Notes: generated by a model not told the origin, from the sequence alone. 64,000 nt of DNA from Eutreptiella sp. 'Long Island Sound 2002' (GCA_964036045.1 OZ038378.1:28148001-28212000); one strand, 5' to 3'; positions 26,086 to 38,879 are shown, numbered from the stretch's first letter. Translations and numbers: made by a program.

Positions 26086-29000
26086 GTTGTACTGTGTCTG
26101 AGTATAGTATTTAAGCCTATGTATTTTTTCGGGTTGGCCAGAAGAATGAGCCAAAGCTCATTCTTTTTTCGTTTTACAGTTTTTAGCCAACCTTATACAC
26201 AATGCGAGACTGTATGGTTCAGTACTACTGTCTATTGTATTGCTGCCCTCTGTTGTGCAGATTTGCTGCCTGCTGAACAGCACAGACAAATATTGGCCCT
26301 CGTATGTGATGTGTGGTAATAGGGAAACAAGTTGTGACAAATGTGCACCAAAATTCCTGGGAAAAGTTGAAAATGTGCCATTTTGGCGTCTCATGTGCCT
26401 ATTCCTTCTTGCACTGCTACCCCTTGCTCAACCCTGCCCGAAAAACGCATTTTTTAGGGGGTCCGGGACACCCCCCCCCCCCCTGGCAGTACTGCTGCTA
26501 GGTCAAAATGCCCCCTTTTTTCATGGGTTTACAAAACCAGGTGTTTATGACACTTGCCAGAAAATGGGGCGCTCGGTTAGGGCCGCCTAAGTTTGTGTGT
26601 GTGTGTGTGTCCAAAAACGTGGTGGGGGGGTTCATCGGATCTCTGGAAGGGAACGAACGGTTTTTGGTTTGGGGCGCAAGAAGGTCGTGGCAACGGGGGG
26701 GGGGGGGGTATATGTCCTTCGGAAAGGTCTTGGAAATGGCTTTAATTCTACGAAGGTTTCAACGTCTAACTCACAGGTATCACAGAGAAATTAGTGGACC
26801 ACTTGATGAAATCAGCACAAAAAGCAGGTTTCGTATTGCCCGCAGAGCCCAAATGTCAAGAGGTTTTCTTGAAATTTCTCAAAAATATGCCCCCCCCCCC
26901 CCCCCACAAACGTACATCTTCTAAAAGCCCAAGGTGATTTCAAGAAGGTGTAAAATATCACCCCCTACGGAATGCCAGCACCGGGAATTCGGCCAACATT
27001 GCCGAAACCCCACTTAGTTCCGTCAATGAACCCCCCACATTTTGGGACATACTTGGCACTGGGTAAAAAGTATTACTCAAGGGGAGGGAAAACGCGATGA
27101 AAAGTCACTCTCGGCCTATTGTGTCAGCCCATTCCTCCTATGTTGGTTACTCCTGTATTATAATCCTATATTCTTCTTATCTGTGTATACGGCGATGTTT
27201 GGTTTTGTGCGCCCCCCCCCCACCCACCCACCCACCCACCCCACCAGAGGCTGGGTGTTGAAGGGGAAGTAAGGGGAGCCCCCCGTGTTTTGAGGGTGGG
27301 AAACTCAAAAAAACATGTTTTGTAAGGTATTGAGGCGCCGTGAAGGTGGGTTTTGGGGCGTACTAAGAGGTTGGAAGGGCTAAAAATAGGGTATGACATC
27401 ACGAATGCTAGACTCCTACCCAAGCTGCCAAAAATAGGCACTCTAGGGACAAAATTGTCCACACAAGCCATTATTCACACCTAAAAGCAACTATGAATGA
27501 TGAAAATGAAGAAAAGAAAGGGGAGTCTTTCCAAGTACCATGTTATGGGAGGGCTAAAGGATAGGCATGGGCTATTTTTAGGGGTAGAGTGGCCAATTTT
27601 AGCACTCTCGGGAGGATCCCATCAACCGTGATGTCATACCCCATTTTTTCATAATTTTGCCCCCATACAGCGCACCCACCGTCCCAAATCCTTCTAAAAC
27701 CTTATTTTCTGAACTCTTCGGCGTCAAAATGGGGGGGGGGGGTACCCTCCTACCCCCCAAGCCGCACCTAGTAGTGGGGCAGCCCTCCTGAGCACACACA
27801 CAGCACAGGCAGGGCAAGGTGGGGCAAGCCCCCACCTTGGCCGGCACATCCATGCATTCCCTTCATACTACAGTCGGTTTAGCCCGTTAGATTTCCTAGG
27901 GAAGGAGAATTAGGATTAGGGAGAGTTACACAGCTATCAGTGCAGATGGAGAAGGCCGCGAATGTGCCGAAAGCATCTCTGTATATACATAGCTGAAGAA
28001 CTCTTGCATACTTGAACATGGGTGAGGCGACGATCCTAGCTTGAGGGGCTGTGGGGAGCTGTGAAGGCCTCGTGTTCGACCATGACATGGTGTACCTGCT
28101 CCCCGACTTGGATAGCTAGGCTTGCGTAGGACCATGGTCGAAGATGCTAAGGAAACCTGCTAGCCGGCGGGTAAGCATCATGGAAGGGGAATATGAGATG
28201 TAGGGAGCATACTACAATCTCCCCGAGCGCTTGCAACTACTCTACAAAGCATGTGCGGTATTGGCTCCGGAGGTGCTAAACGCGGGTGCCTAACAACACA
28301 CTTGGGTGACAATCGGTGTCAATGGCACCAACCGTCGGAACCAATGCTATGTGCACTGTGTAGTAGCAGCTATAGGGTATGGGATGCAGATGGCAAATCT
28401 CCCCATCCAAAGCAAATTAGCGACTGTCCCCGGCTAAAACGTGCTTTGGGCCGCAAAGAGGGACTTGGAGTATTGATCCAGGGGATCATTGTGTCCGAAA
28501 CATGCGACACATCCGGTGCCGCCCCAGCCAACTTCTCTAGGGTTGCAAATGGGCGAGTGGGCGGCCCAAGTCAGGTGAGTTTCCTCATCAACGCGTCCAA
28601 TTGGCGCACCACATCAGGGTTCTGCTTAGTGTTTGGCCTAGGGGGTGGGGTGGGCGGATGGGTATGGGGGCAAAAAAAGGTTGGTGTACCTAAAATGGAC
28701 CTTGTATTTTGGCTCTCTATTCAATGTTGTATTTTTTCGTCGGAAATTTTTTGGGTGGTTTGGCCTGGGTGGATGGTGCTGCTGGACCCCCCCCCCCCCA
28801 TGGATAAGCACATCCCTGTGCCGCCACTTGCTTCTTCGGTGCCCCTTGGCACCTGTCATCTGATCGTGCTGCATTGCCCCCAGACAGGTCAATTGTCCTC
28901 TCTCACTGGCGGTTGCCAAGCTGCATCCCAGCATCTCCACCAGCTGCCGTCTGCGGCGCTTGGGAGCATCCTTTCGTGCACGGGAGGTGGGGTGCCCTGC

Positions 29001-30179
29001 CCTTGGCCCCCCCCACTAAACGCCCTGTGCTCCCTCTTCCCCCTTTCCTCTGCCCATGTGCAGGTCCTGGTATCATGACATGTGGATTTCACAGCGGCTA
29101 TCTCATCCCAGCCACGGCACAGATGCATGTGCTCATGAGCCTCTATCCCCACACACTTTGTGCCCCTGCCCCCCTGAAACACAAAGGTTTTTCACCGCAC
29201 CTTCAAGGAGCACTGCCACTGTTTTTGATATGTCTGTGGCGGGCCTTTCGGTCCCTGCCCTCAGCGGTCCCTAAAAGTAGACGATCATCTGACCCTGCAG
29301 CTAAAGAGCCTCTCATTTCAATGGTGCAGTGGGGTCTACCTTTCACAAACAGCTCATGAGGGCTGGATAAGGGGGAGCTGCTCACACCAAGCCCGTGAAT
29401 GGAGCTCTATAATATGCATTCGTTCCTAAATATATTGGCAACCTTAGGCTGTGGCAGACACCCACTGCACAACACGTAATGATACAGCCCTGTCAAAGCA
29501 CGGGCGTGGGGTGACTACTCTGTAAGGACATACCCAGACTTTGACTTCCGAGTTTTTCTGCAGGCTGAAGCAGACCAGACGAAAAAAAAGTGGTACATTG
29601 GCATCGGTCATGCTGTTGTTGTTGTTGTTGTGTCGAGCATTGCAACCTCGATCCTCCGCACCTGGTGGTCGTCTGTGTAGTGGACCAATGGCTTGAGCTC
29701 CACCCCCACCCCACCCCACCGCCGCGCCGTCTCCTGCGCAAGGAGCATGGGTCTGAAAGGACGAGGATTTCCCTGCTCTGGCCTCCGCATTGCACACCCC
29801 TTGACCAGCCCATCTCCTTCTCTACTGCCCAAGCCCAGGCCCCTGGTATCATAGCACGGGACCAGAAAGCTGCAACCCATCTCGTCCCAGGCCACAGCAG
29901 GGCCCTGGCTTCGAAGTTCCACACTCCGGAGCCTCCGTGCTTCTGCCCCCTCCAATAGAATTGTTGCAACTCAATTCAGCGCAACAATGCTGTAGTTTCG
30001 GATGGGTGTGGATGGCAGACCTCATGGGGTGCCCTTCTTCTCTGCCAGCCACCGCTTTTTGGCCTATGGTGTCGTGCAGCTTTCTCATGCCCGAAGACCA
30101 ACCACCTTCTCCTTCTTCAGACCCCTGCAGGTTCGCGCATGTCTGTCCAGTCAAGGTCAAGTCACCCTGAGATTCAGGT

Positions 30180-30765
30180 CAGACCTTTGCTTAAGGTGGG
30201 TCCCACCCTACCCCCCGGGGGGGGGGGGGGTCTGTGGCCTGTGGGTGGGTGGGTTACTTTGGTTTTGCGCAATTTGGCCCAAAGTGCCTACTCCCCCCCC
30301 AGGGGGGGGGGGGTAGGGTCGGCGTGGGTGGGTGGGTTGGTGGGTGGGTCCGCAACCTTGATGGAGAATGGAGTCAAAAAGTGGCAAAAATTTCCGGTCC
30401 GTGTGGTAAAAAGTGGCAGAAATTTCCGGTCCTTAGGCAGTGGGGACTGAACCAACGCTTTAGCAGTTTGCCAGCACAGTGAGCTACCACCAGGGTAACT
30501 GCTAGTTCTGATATACCGCTGTTCAAAGATCGCACAGTGACCGAAGGACAAAATTTTTTTTGGGCAAATACACAGGGTTTTTGTGTTACCGGCTGATTGT
30601 AACAGCACAGACCCGCCCCTCCCCCCCTATGGGGGGGGTAGGGGGGTGTGTGGGTGGGTGGGGGGGTGGGTCAGCTTGGGTGGGTGGGTGGGCTGCCTAG
30701 TCCTGGTCCTGAGGCAGCCCCAGAGGGATCCCCCGCCTCGCCCCCCGTTGGTAAGCAAAGGTCTG
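30180..30765. mobile_element. hAT-type MITE, 586 bp
   Basis: Perfect 14-bp TIR CAGACCTTTGCTTA / TAAGCAAAGGTCTG and perfect 8-bp TSD ATTCAGGT (30172-30179, 30766-30773). Confidence 0.95.
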
Positions 30766-30985
30766 ATTCAGGTTGCAGGCTGGGGGCCGGTGGAGGGATT
30801 ACTACCAGCAATACATGAGCAGTGGCCTGCGAGGGCTCTTACCTGTAGGGCCGCTACCTGTACCCCGTCTCCAGACTCCCCCAACCCATGCCAATGGGGA
30901 ACATCAGTTTGGGCCCTATGTCTTACACTGCTCGCCAGGTGCCCTCGCTGGTTCATTGGTGCGTCAAGTGGAATGTTCTATCTTA

Positions 30986-31655
30986 GGGGGAGCGTTAGCG
31001 CGCCGGGCATCTTTTTTGACCCGTGCCCCATCGGTGACCTTTTACGGGGTGCACTAAGCGCAGTGCAACTATTTGGACGTCTAGCCGTCCTAGAACCCCA
31101 TACTTTGTGATACTATGGGCATTATTGCTGCTTGAAAACGGGTATTTTGATGCTTCTTTCACATTGGGGACATGGTATACTTGGATTCTCACGCAGTTTC
31201 ACCCATTTTCATCCTTTTTTTGCTCGTTTCCACCACATCCACTCCTTACTAGGTTGATTTCCCACCATGGGGACCCCGAGAAGGCAGGAGTGATGTAGCC
31301 ATATTGATTTCTCCCCACCAGAGGATGAGGCAAAAGTGTGTGTGTTGTGTTTGTCAGAAGCGTTCCACCATCACAGTTTGTGGTGTGTGTGAAGAGCAAT
31401 ATTGTGTTGAATGTATTGACACCCACACTTGTGGGACCAATGTTATTTGTTAAGTACAATATAAATGACATTTGGAGTTGTTGAATTCACAGCTGTAGCC
31501 TTATTATTATGCAACATGCTTTGTAGGGAAGGTGTGCAGTCCAACGTGGTCTACTTGGGGGGCTTCTCCATGAGAGGGTAAATCTGGGGCTGAAGTCGGG
31601 ATAGTAGTTGATAGAAAAGTAGCGCGCCGGGCGCGCATCGGGCAAACGTTCCCCC
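30986..31655 (+). mobile_element. Non-autonomous, internally deleted Harbinger/PIF-like element, 670 bp
   Basis: TIRs GGGGGAGCGTTAG / CAAACGTTCCCCC and TSD TTA (30983-30985, 31656-31658). It keeps a decayed copy of the zinc-finger-coding 3' end of the neighbouring transposase (31320-31455). Confidence 0.9.
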
Positions 31656-31696
31656 TTATTTTCAGTCCCATGTACCCGGAGCCACGTTGCATCTGT

Positions 31697-33652
31697 GGGG
31701 GAACATTAGTGCGCCCGGCGCGCGCCGGGCATCTTTTTGGACCCGTGCCCCACCGTGCCGCTATTTGTGCGCCTGGCTGTACTAGAGACCCACACTTTGA
31801 GATACTAGGAGCATTATGGTGACCCCTAGCGTAGGTTTTGACTTCTGATTTTGTCCCCTTTGTTGGGGACCCCCGAGAATGCAGGGGTGACGTAGCATTT
31901 CCGCCCTCTTTTGGGCCCCAACCTTCCGGTGCTATTGAGGAAACCGGGACAATCTTTGAATCCACGCTTTGTAGCGTGGAGCATCATGGTGACCCCCGGC
32001 GTAGGTTTTGACTACTGATTTTGTCCCCTGCCAACACCCCAAGGGCATCGTACGTTGTTTGGAATGCTTGCTTCCAATTCAGCTCGCAGTTCTAGCTCAA
32101 GTTCCAATCTTGAAGCCCAGCCCGAACCTCAACCCAAATCTCAACCCAAACCTCAACCCAAACCTCAATCCAAACCGCAACCCAAACCTCAACCCAAACC
32201 TCAACCCAAACCTCAACGCAAATCTAAGTCCGCGAAAGACAAACCCAAGCCCCAGCCTAACCCTCTTGAACCCTCCACTGAAAGAGAGTACATAGCGGAA
32301 GAGGTTGCGAGGGAGAACAAAAAGACAGAGGATGAGATTTTGGAATATCTCCTCGCCGTGTCTAAGAATCTGGCACACCCTTTGCACCCCGTCTACGACG
32401 ATGGCAAGGGTGGTGGTGTCCAATGGTCTGTGAAATGGTGTAAGTCCACCTGTGTGCGTACCCAAGTTGCACGGATGGGTGCAGATGCAGAAACATTGGA
32501 GGAATTTTGGATGAAGTACGGGCACCCCGAGCTCCTCGACCGTGAGTCATTGTTTCGATTTTTTTTCTGGATGAAACACACCCCACCGGCAGAGAGCGGT
32601 GCTTTCATGTCTCACGCGGAATGTTCGGAGGTTGCCTGGCGGCAGAGTGTTGCCCGTGTTCGCGAGTACCTTAACCATGTTGTTCAAGAGATTCGATGGG
32701 CCGACAGGTTGAATCCTTTCAACCATTGTCCCCATTTTCCATTCTTTATGACGCATTTCACAGACTCCATGCCCATCAGTTCCATTGGTGGGATATGGAG
32801 TGCAGACCTGTGGAATCCTAAGTATGCGTCGCATGTTTACAAGGTGACTGTTGCCGTTGATATGTTGGGCAACATTATATGGATTTGCCCCTTGGCCCCC
32901 GGGACATCAGCAGATGTTTTGATATGGGATGGGTATGGACCTTCTCGTACCCGAGGTGATTTCTTTGATTTTGAAGTCGGGGGCCATGATGGTGCTTATA
33001 AAGGCCAGATTCATGTCATTGTGCCATTCATTGGAAGAAAGAATGGCACTTTGACAGCCCGCCAACAATGTTACAATGATGTGCATGGGTGGTACAGGGC
33101 ACACATTGAGCAGCTGTTTGCTCGGTTGTGGCATTGGGGTTTGGTTAGGAACATCTGGTGTGGCGGCCCCAATGAGTTGCACCAGGCAGTCCGCATTTTG
33201 TTGCATTTCACACAGTTTTGCATCCAGAGGCAAGTCCGTCGCCCCCCCTACGGACCATGGGAGCATGTCCCGCCTCAGGTTTGGACTGACCAAAGCAAGC
33301 TCGGCCGCCACGCAAGATGAGGCAGAGGATGAGGCGGAAGTGTGTGTGTTGTGTTGCCAACGGCGCTCCACCGTCACAGTTTGTGATGAGTGTAAGGAGC
33401 ACTATTGCAATGAATGTATTGACACCCACACTTGTGGGACCGATGTTGTTTGTTAATTACACTACAGATGACAGTTGGAGTGGTTGAAATCACAGATCAT
33501 GCTTTATTTTGCAACGTGCTTTGTAGGGAACGTGTGCAGTGCAAAGTGGTCTACTTGGGGGGCTTCTCCATGAGAGGGTAAATCTGGGGCTGAAGTCGGG
33601 ATAGTTAATAGTAAAGTAGCGCGCCGGGCGCGCGCCAGGCAAACATTCCCCC
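31697..33652 (+). mobile_element. Full-length Harbinger/PIF-like element, 1956 bp
   Basis: TIRs GGGGGAACATTAG / CAAACATTCCCCC, TSD TGT (31694-31696, 33653-33655), GCGCGCC subterminal motifs and a single transposase ORF. Confidence 0.92.
32064..33456 (+). pseudogene. DDE_Tnp_4-type (Harbinger/PIF) transposase with C-terminal B-box-like zinc finger; one +1 frameshift near 33290
   Basis: Catalytic-type motifs FTDSMP, HDGAY and RAHIEQLF, and N-terminal PQPK repeats. Deleting one C in GACCAAA joins it to ...CVLCCQRRSTVTVCDECKEHYCNECIDTHTC. Confidence 0.85.
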
Positions 33653-34152
33653 TGTGTTTACTAACTGCCTCTATGTCTGTCCCGCGCTGCCTGTGAGCAC
33701 GCCCAAGTTTCCAAGTTTCCTCAAATCTAAGGAGTAACAACTTTAACCATGTGGACACAGTTGCGATGTGGAAGCGTTTTGTAAGCCCTGTTCCCAATCC
33801 ACCCTTTATGCTCTACTGAAAGGGCTGTTTCATATGGGGACCAGTGTTAATACTGGTTATCCTTTATGGTTTGATGCCCCTTCCCCACAGAGTGTATTTT
33901 CTGTGTATGTGGGCTCATGGGCTCATGGGTTCGTCCACCCACCCGCCCGCCTGCTCGTCAAAGTATCAGAGACATGTACTAGCCGCCACATACCCCGGAC
34001 CCCCTTCTTTGAAATCTCCCGTCCCTTGCAGCACCATGGACAGCAATAGGCGATTGTCTCCCGCCCTTTGCAACCCCCCCCCCCCCCCCCGCCTCCCCGG
34101 CACTCCAAGCAGCTGAACGCCGCGTCCTGTCGCGGACAGGCACCCAGGCGTT

Positions 34153-34629
34153 ATGCCGTCTGGGAGGACACAACAGGAGAAGGGATCTCACCAGCAGCGG
34201 TATGGCCCATACAGACACATCCAGCCAACCCCAAAGAAGGTCAAGCCTCAGCAAGAACGCCAGCGTTTCAAGGTGCAAGCACTGAGTCAGCTGGACGCCA
34301 TTGCGAACGAAGGACTGCAAGCAGTTGAAGTAGAGCTGACCACAATGGCCTGGGCCCGCAATCAGCAGATCTGGCTCCGACTGGACCAACCACATGACAC
34401 CAGGATGCACTGTGAGATTGTGGACAACCATGGGGAACCATTGCTGATGAGCAATCAGGAGCTCTACTCGGTGATGGTCCAGATCAACTGGACCATGAAG
34501 ACCCAGGCTCTGGCGAACATGCAGGTCCAGTGGCGACCCAAAAGTGCAGGCAAGTGGCACCCGTTCCAGTGGGAGGCGATCCTCCACTGTCCGACGGCAT
34601 TGGGCACAGAGCGGTGCCCTCCTCGGTAA
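34153..34629 (+). CDS. Unassigned 158-aa ORF, probably TE-derived
   Basis: ATG-started, protein-like composition (QRFKVQALSQLDAIANEGLQAVEVEL...). No motif recognised. Confidence 0.3.
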   Translation: MPSGRTQQEKGSHQQRYGPYRHIQPTPKKVKPQQERQRFKVQALSQLDAIANEGLQAVEVELTTMAWARNQQIWLRLDQPHDTRMHCEIVDNHGEPLLMSNQELYSVMVQINWTMKTQALANMQVQWRPKSAGKWHPFQWEAILHCPTALGTERCPPR

Positions 34630-34849
34630 GCAGAACTGGGGATTGCATGCATGTGTGGCTGGCAGGCCGAGCGGACCTCTTGCGATTGTTCCAAAGAACG
34701 CTCTTCAGGCAGGCGGACCCGGTACCCGGGGACGCTGTGCGGTTCCTCTACACGCTGCTGAACACACCCCCATGCGAAAGAAGATACGCATGACAGGGGG
34801 TGACACAAAGTAGAAGAGGAGTGGAGCGCATGGTGCCATGGTGCAGATA

Positions 34850-34957
34850 CCCCATCGTCGTGGCTCAGTGGATACACCACACCTCTTCCGTCCCGTGGAG
34901 GATGGTTCGAACCCCGGGGGGGATAGAGATGCACCGAACAACCCGAACCCCCTTTTT
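34850..34957 (+). ncRNA. tRNA-derived Pol III-like unit (SINE head)
   Basis: A box TGGCTCAGTGG (34861-34871), B box GGTTCGAACCC (34904-34914), a hairpin in place of the anticodon arm, and TTTTT at 34953-34957. Confidence 0.65.
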
Positions 34958-36088
34958 GGGCGCGAGAGAGAGGGAGAGAGAAACAGAGAGAGAGAGAGGG
35001 TAGAGCACAGTGGGAAAGGAACAGAGAGGAGCAACAGGAGAGAAAGAGCAGGGGAGAGCAAGAGAGATTGGGAGGGAGAGAGTAGGAGAGAGACCCACAG
35101 AGCAAGAGACCGGGGCTAACCGGCGCAAAGGGAGGTGGTGGGTTCGAGCTGACCAGGGTGGGTTCGAGCCGACCAGGGTAAAAGGGACGCCACGGCGGCA
35201 CGGAACAGTCAAGAAATGAAAAAGCAGGGCGCCGTAGCGCCCCTGAGCCACAGGCTCGACACGTTGTCACGTGTTGAACAGCCGAAACATGACTGGGGCT
35301 GCGAGAGTGCGGCCCGTGTGAGGATGACGGAAACAAGAAGGCATGAATGTGTGGGCAGCATGCGCATGCATGGTGTGGAGCTGAAATGGTATGCGCCACA
35401 CGCAAAACAGCAATGATCTGTTGAGTTGCCTGACAGTCGGAGCACATGCTGAAATGCTGAGACGCTTTTGCGCCAACCAAGGCGCCTTCGCGCCCCTGAG
35501 GATCGAGTACGACACGTCCTCACAAGCCAGAGAGCAAGTGCATGACAGGGGCACGACCTGCAGGGCAAGGGTTAGAGACTAACCGGCGCTGTGGGTGGGT
35601 GGTGGGTGCGAGCTGACCTCAATGTCCAGAGGACCAGTGCCAATGCACAGCCAGCAACCACCTGGTGTGGTACAGAACTGGTCTACGCTGCAGTGCAGCA
35701 AGCAAAACACTGAACAATGTGGTTATGACCATGCGCCTGTGGCACGGGGGCGTATGCGAGCCCAGTTTCCGTTGCCTCATGGCCGCCTCCCCGGAGGAGA
35801 CTCTCACTTCACTGTGTTTGCTAGTTAAAATGTTTGTTACAAAATTTTGTGTTGTCCGTGTGTCACACAAGGCATTGCACTGGTCTCCCATTGCTTCAAG
35901 TCAATCATCTGCATGTGTTCTGTGGCGGTGTATGGAGTATTGTGTCACCTTTTCAGATCCCAGATGTTTTTCCCTGGTGACGATGTATGGTGCCACTCAC
36001 GCACACTTACTGCTCATGTGTTGGCCACTGTCTTCACCAAATGGGCCACATTTTTGCCACATGCGGCACATGCACCCTGGTGGAGGTC

Positions 36089-36312
36089 ACCGTGGGTAAA
36101 TCCAAATTACCCCCCCACTTTGTTACAAAACTACCCCCCCCCCCATGTTGAGCATTTTACCCTCCCAGGGGGCAGCGAATTACCCCCCCTTAGCTGTATT
36201 TACCCCCCCCCCCCCTTAAGGGTGCAAATTACCCCCCAACATGTTGACAATTACCCCCCCACAAAGAATACAATTACCCCCCCAAAAGTGTACAACTACC
36301 CCCCCCCCCGAA
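36089..36312. repeat. Cluster of ~10 (A/T)TTACCCCCC-type motifs, resembling a transposon subterminal array
   Basis: Direct reading. The matching opposite end was not identified. Confidence 0.75.
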
Positions 36313-37967
36313 AATTTTAATGTAAAAAGTGGCACAAAATCCTTCAAGACAAAAACACAAACACGCAAAATACATGCAAATGCAAATCCACTAAAGAGTT
36401 GTGTGATACTTCTCCTCTAGTGTACACAAAGACTAATGCCTTTGCCTTTTCCGAACCATGGGCTAGCAATGCTTCTGCCTGAGGCCGTTTGACTGGCGCT
36501 ATAGGAGCCCATTTCCTTGGTTGCTTCGGTGGGGTGGAAACGGCCCCATTAGAGCACGATGAAGGAGCCTGCTTGGCAAGATCCACTTTGAGCCATGGCA
36601 ACTGTTGCCTCGTCCAAGCTTTTTTTTTTAGAGGCGAAATCTTATTTTTTAGCACTTTTTTTTAAGCATAAAAAAAAGATTTCGCGCTGAAAAAAGATTG
36701 CGCGCTAAAAAAAAATCCGTGCAAAAAAAAGATTCTGCACCCAAAAAAAAAGAATTTTACATGATCACCATGTATGTCTCAAAAAGTTGCACTGGGGGGC
36801 TTTAGTTGCAAAGGGGGGGTGGGGGTACAAGGAGTGCTACTGCACCAAACCAACCCATGAGAGGCAATGCCTGTATTTTGCATAGTACGTTATTCCGCCA
36901 CCTTAGCCAGAGCCCATGTTCAGAATTTCATACAGCAGGGGAACGTGGGTTTCCAGACTGACCCAATATGCACCCAGTGGCCCTCTTTCCTTGTTGCCTG
37001 GTGCATGCGGTGAGGAGGTACCACATGCAGGGATGTCATGAAAGTAGAAGGTTTTGGGTGCATTACGCAGAACTTGTGTTTCACAACAGGGGTGTCCCTT
37101 TGGAGCTGGGGGACGTATGCAGAGAGTTCATCGGAGAGGATCACAGGTAATGTCTGAATGTTGTAAAGTAGGGTACTCAGCCACCTTGGCCAGAGCCCAT
37201 GTGCATAATTCCATCTGCTCAGAGACCTACTTTACAAAATCTAGGCATTACCTATGATCCGTTCAAATGATCTTTCTGCATAGGTCCCAGTGAAGGAAGG
37301 CCCCTGTGTACTCAGCCATGTTGGCCAGAGCCCAGGGGCACAAGTTTCATCCAAGTTTTAGCGGAACCAACGTCTCAAGATTGAGGAAGGGACTACATGA
37401 TGGCAGCTGGAGACCTGTAGAAGTCTACATTGCCGCACATTGGTAAACTGTAGACTCTGTAAACCATCTCTCTGCGGCAAACGTCATTGGAATTGAGATG
37501 GACGCGGTATTCCACTGGTGACGCCACCAAGCGATATTCAGTGGAGACGCTGCTCCGACCGTACAAGGTGGACATCAAGTACAACATCATTTTGGGACAC
37601 AGGGCCATGTGGAACTTGTGCATAGGACACATGGTGCACATGGAAAACTTGCAATTACAAATGGGTGGCCAAGTGACTGTTTGAAACATGAATTTCATAT
37701 CGTCCTCGTTTGGCCCCTAACAAGGGCCGCAGCAACTTAAAACCGAGGGCTTTTCAGCCAATGCCATGATTGTTCTGCCCTTGTGCCCTCCCACATGTGA
37801 CCTTGGCAAACAAGAGAAGTAACCATATCCGGGTGCTTTTTTCTTCAAAGGCAAGTGTCGCGGAGCAAAACGGCAGTCTTCATACCACCCTAGTCGCCCT
37901 TGACCGCAACGCACTTGCACGACACCCAGCAGCTCAGTCCTAAACGTTGTTGCTCCAATAGTCCCTC

Positions 37968-38339
37968 ATGGTGCTGCAGCATGTCAGGCCGCACCTGCTA
38001 CCTATCCTCCTACTGCTCCTGTTGCAAGTGAGCCTCAGTCACGGAGCAACATCCCACACCCTTTACGTCGCCACGTGGGGCTCCGATGCGCAACAGGGCA
38101 CGGAGGCAGAGCCGTTGGCGACACTAGAAGGAGCCCGAAACGCTATTCGCCAGCGTCGCCGTGCTGAGGGAGCACCACGTGGTCCTGTGGAGGTATTGGT
38201 GAGGCAAGGCATGTACACCACGCTTCCGTTTGGCAAGCCGCTTTTGCAGCTGACCGCAATGGACAGCGGGACTGATGCGGCACCAATCACGTACCGGGCG
38301 TTCCCTGGAGAGGATGTTGTACTTTCAGGAGGCATGCAG
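37968..38339 (+). CDS. Exon 1 of secreted right-handed parallel beta-helix protein (GH141-like)
   Basis: Signal-peptide-like LLPILLLLLLQVSLSHG, then YVATWGSD..GT...PLATLEGAR and PITYRAFPGE.VVLSGG. Donor CAG|GTGTGC, phase 0. Confidence 0.9.
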
Positions 38340-38879
38340 GTGTGCTTTCTGGGGGAAGTGTGGACAAATGAAGGCCACTGCCCAGAATGGAGGCGAAAGA
38401 GGGGGGTTTGGCATGACGCCTGGCTACCGAATGTACTGGCTGGCGTTTGGCGGGTAAATCAACAGGTGCCTGTTCTACACTGTGATGTGTTGCCCTGGCC
38501 ACAAGGTCCGCTTATCCCAGGACCAACTTCCCCGATTTTGAGGTGTGTCCGCAAGGGCATTTGGCGTGCAATACTACTCTCGATAAATGGGATGGTGTCA
38601 ATTTACTCGGGTTTTGGGCCACTGGCCAGTGTTTGATTGTTGAGATGCTCCTCTAAGCTTCTCCAGAATTACTCTTGAGCTGCAGTCCGCAGGGGCTTCC
38701 TCTGGGGGGTGGGTGGGATTTTGATTGTTTGTAGTGATCAGTAGGACCAAACCCTTCTGGTTTTTTTTTTTGAGTCCAGCAATCACTGAGATCTGCCGGG
38801 CCGGGCCCTCTGTTCCTCTCCAGCCCTTGGGTTGTGTAGGCACATCTTCGCCGAATTACCCCACTCTCTTGTTGTGCAG

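Larger units (their letters stand above)
21881..26227 (+). mobile_element. Old TIR DNA transposon with ~100-bp imperfect inverted ends, interrupted by a 1.9-kb insertion
   Basis: The left end CACTGCTGAACTATACACTCTTCGCAT...GAAAAAAGAATGAACTTTGGCTCATTCTTTTGGCC matches the reverse complement of ~26130-26227. No TSD is recoverable. Confidence 0.65.

Noticed and set aside
32097-32525. Minus-strand ORF with GLRF repeats
   Set aside because: Antisense of the PQPK repeat in the transposase.
34464-35480. 338-aa minus-strand ORF
   Set aside because: It runs across a purine/pyrimidine tract and SINE-like sequence, with low complexity and no motif.
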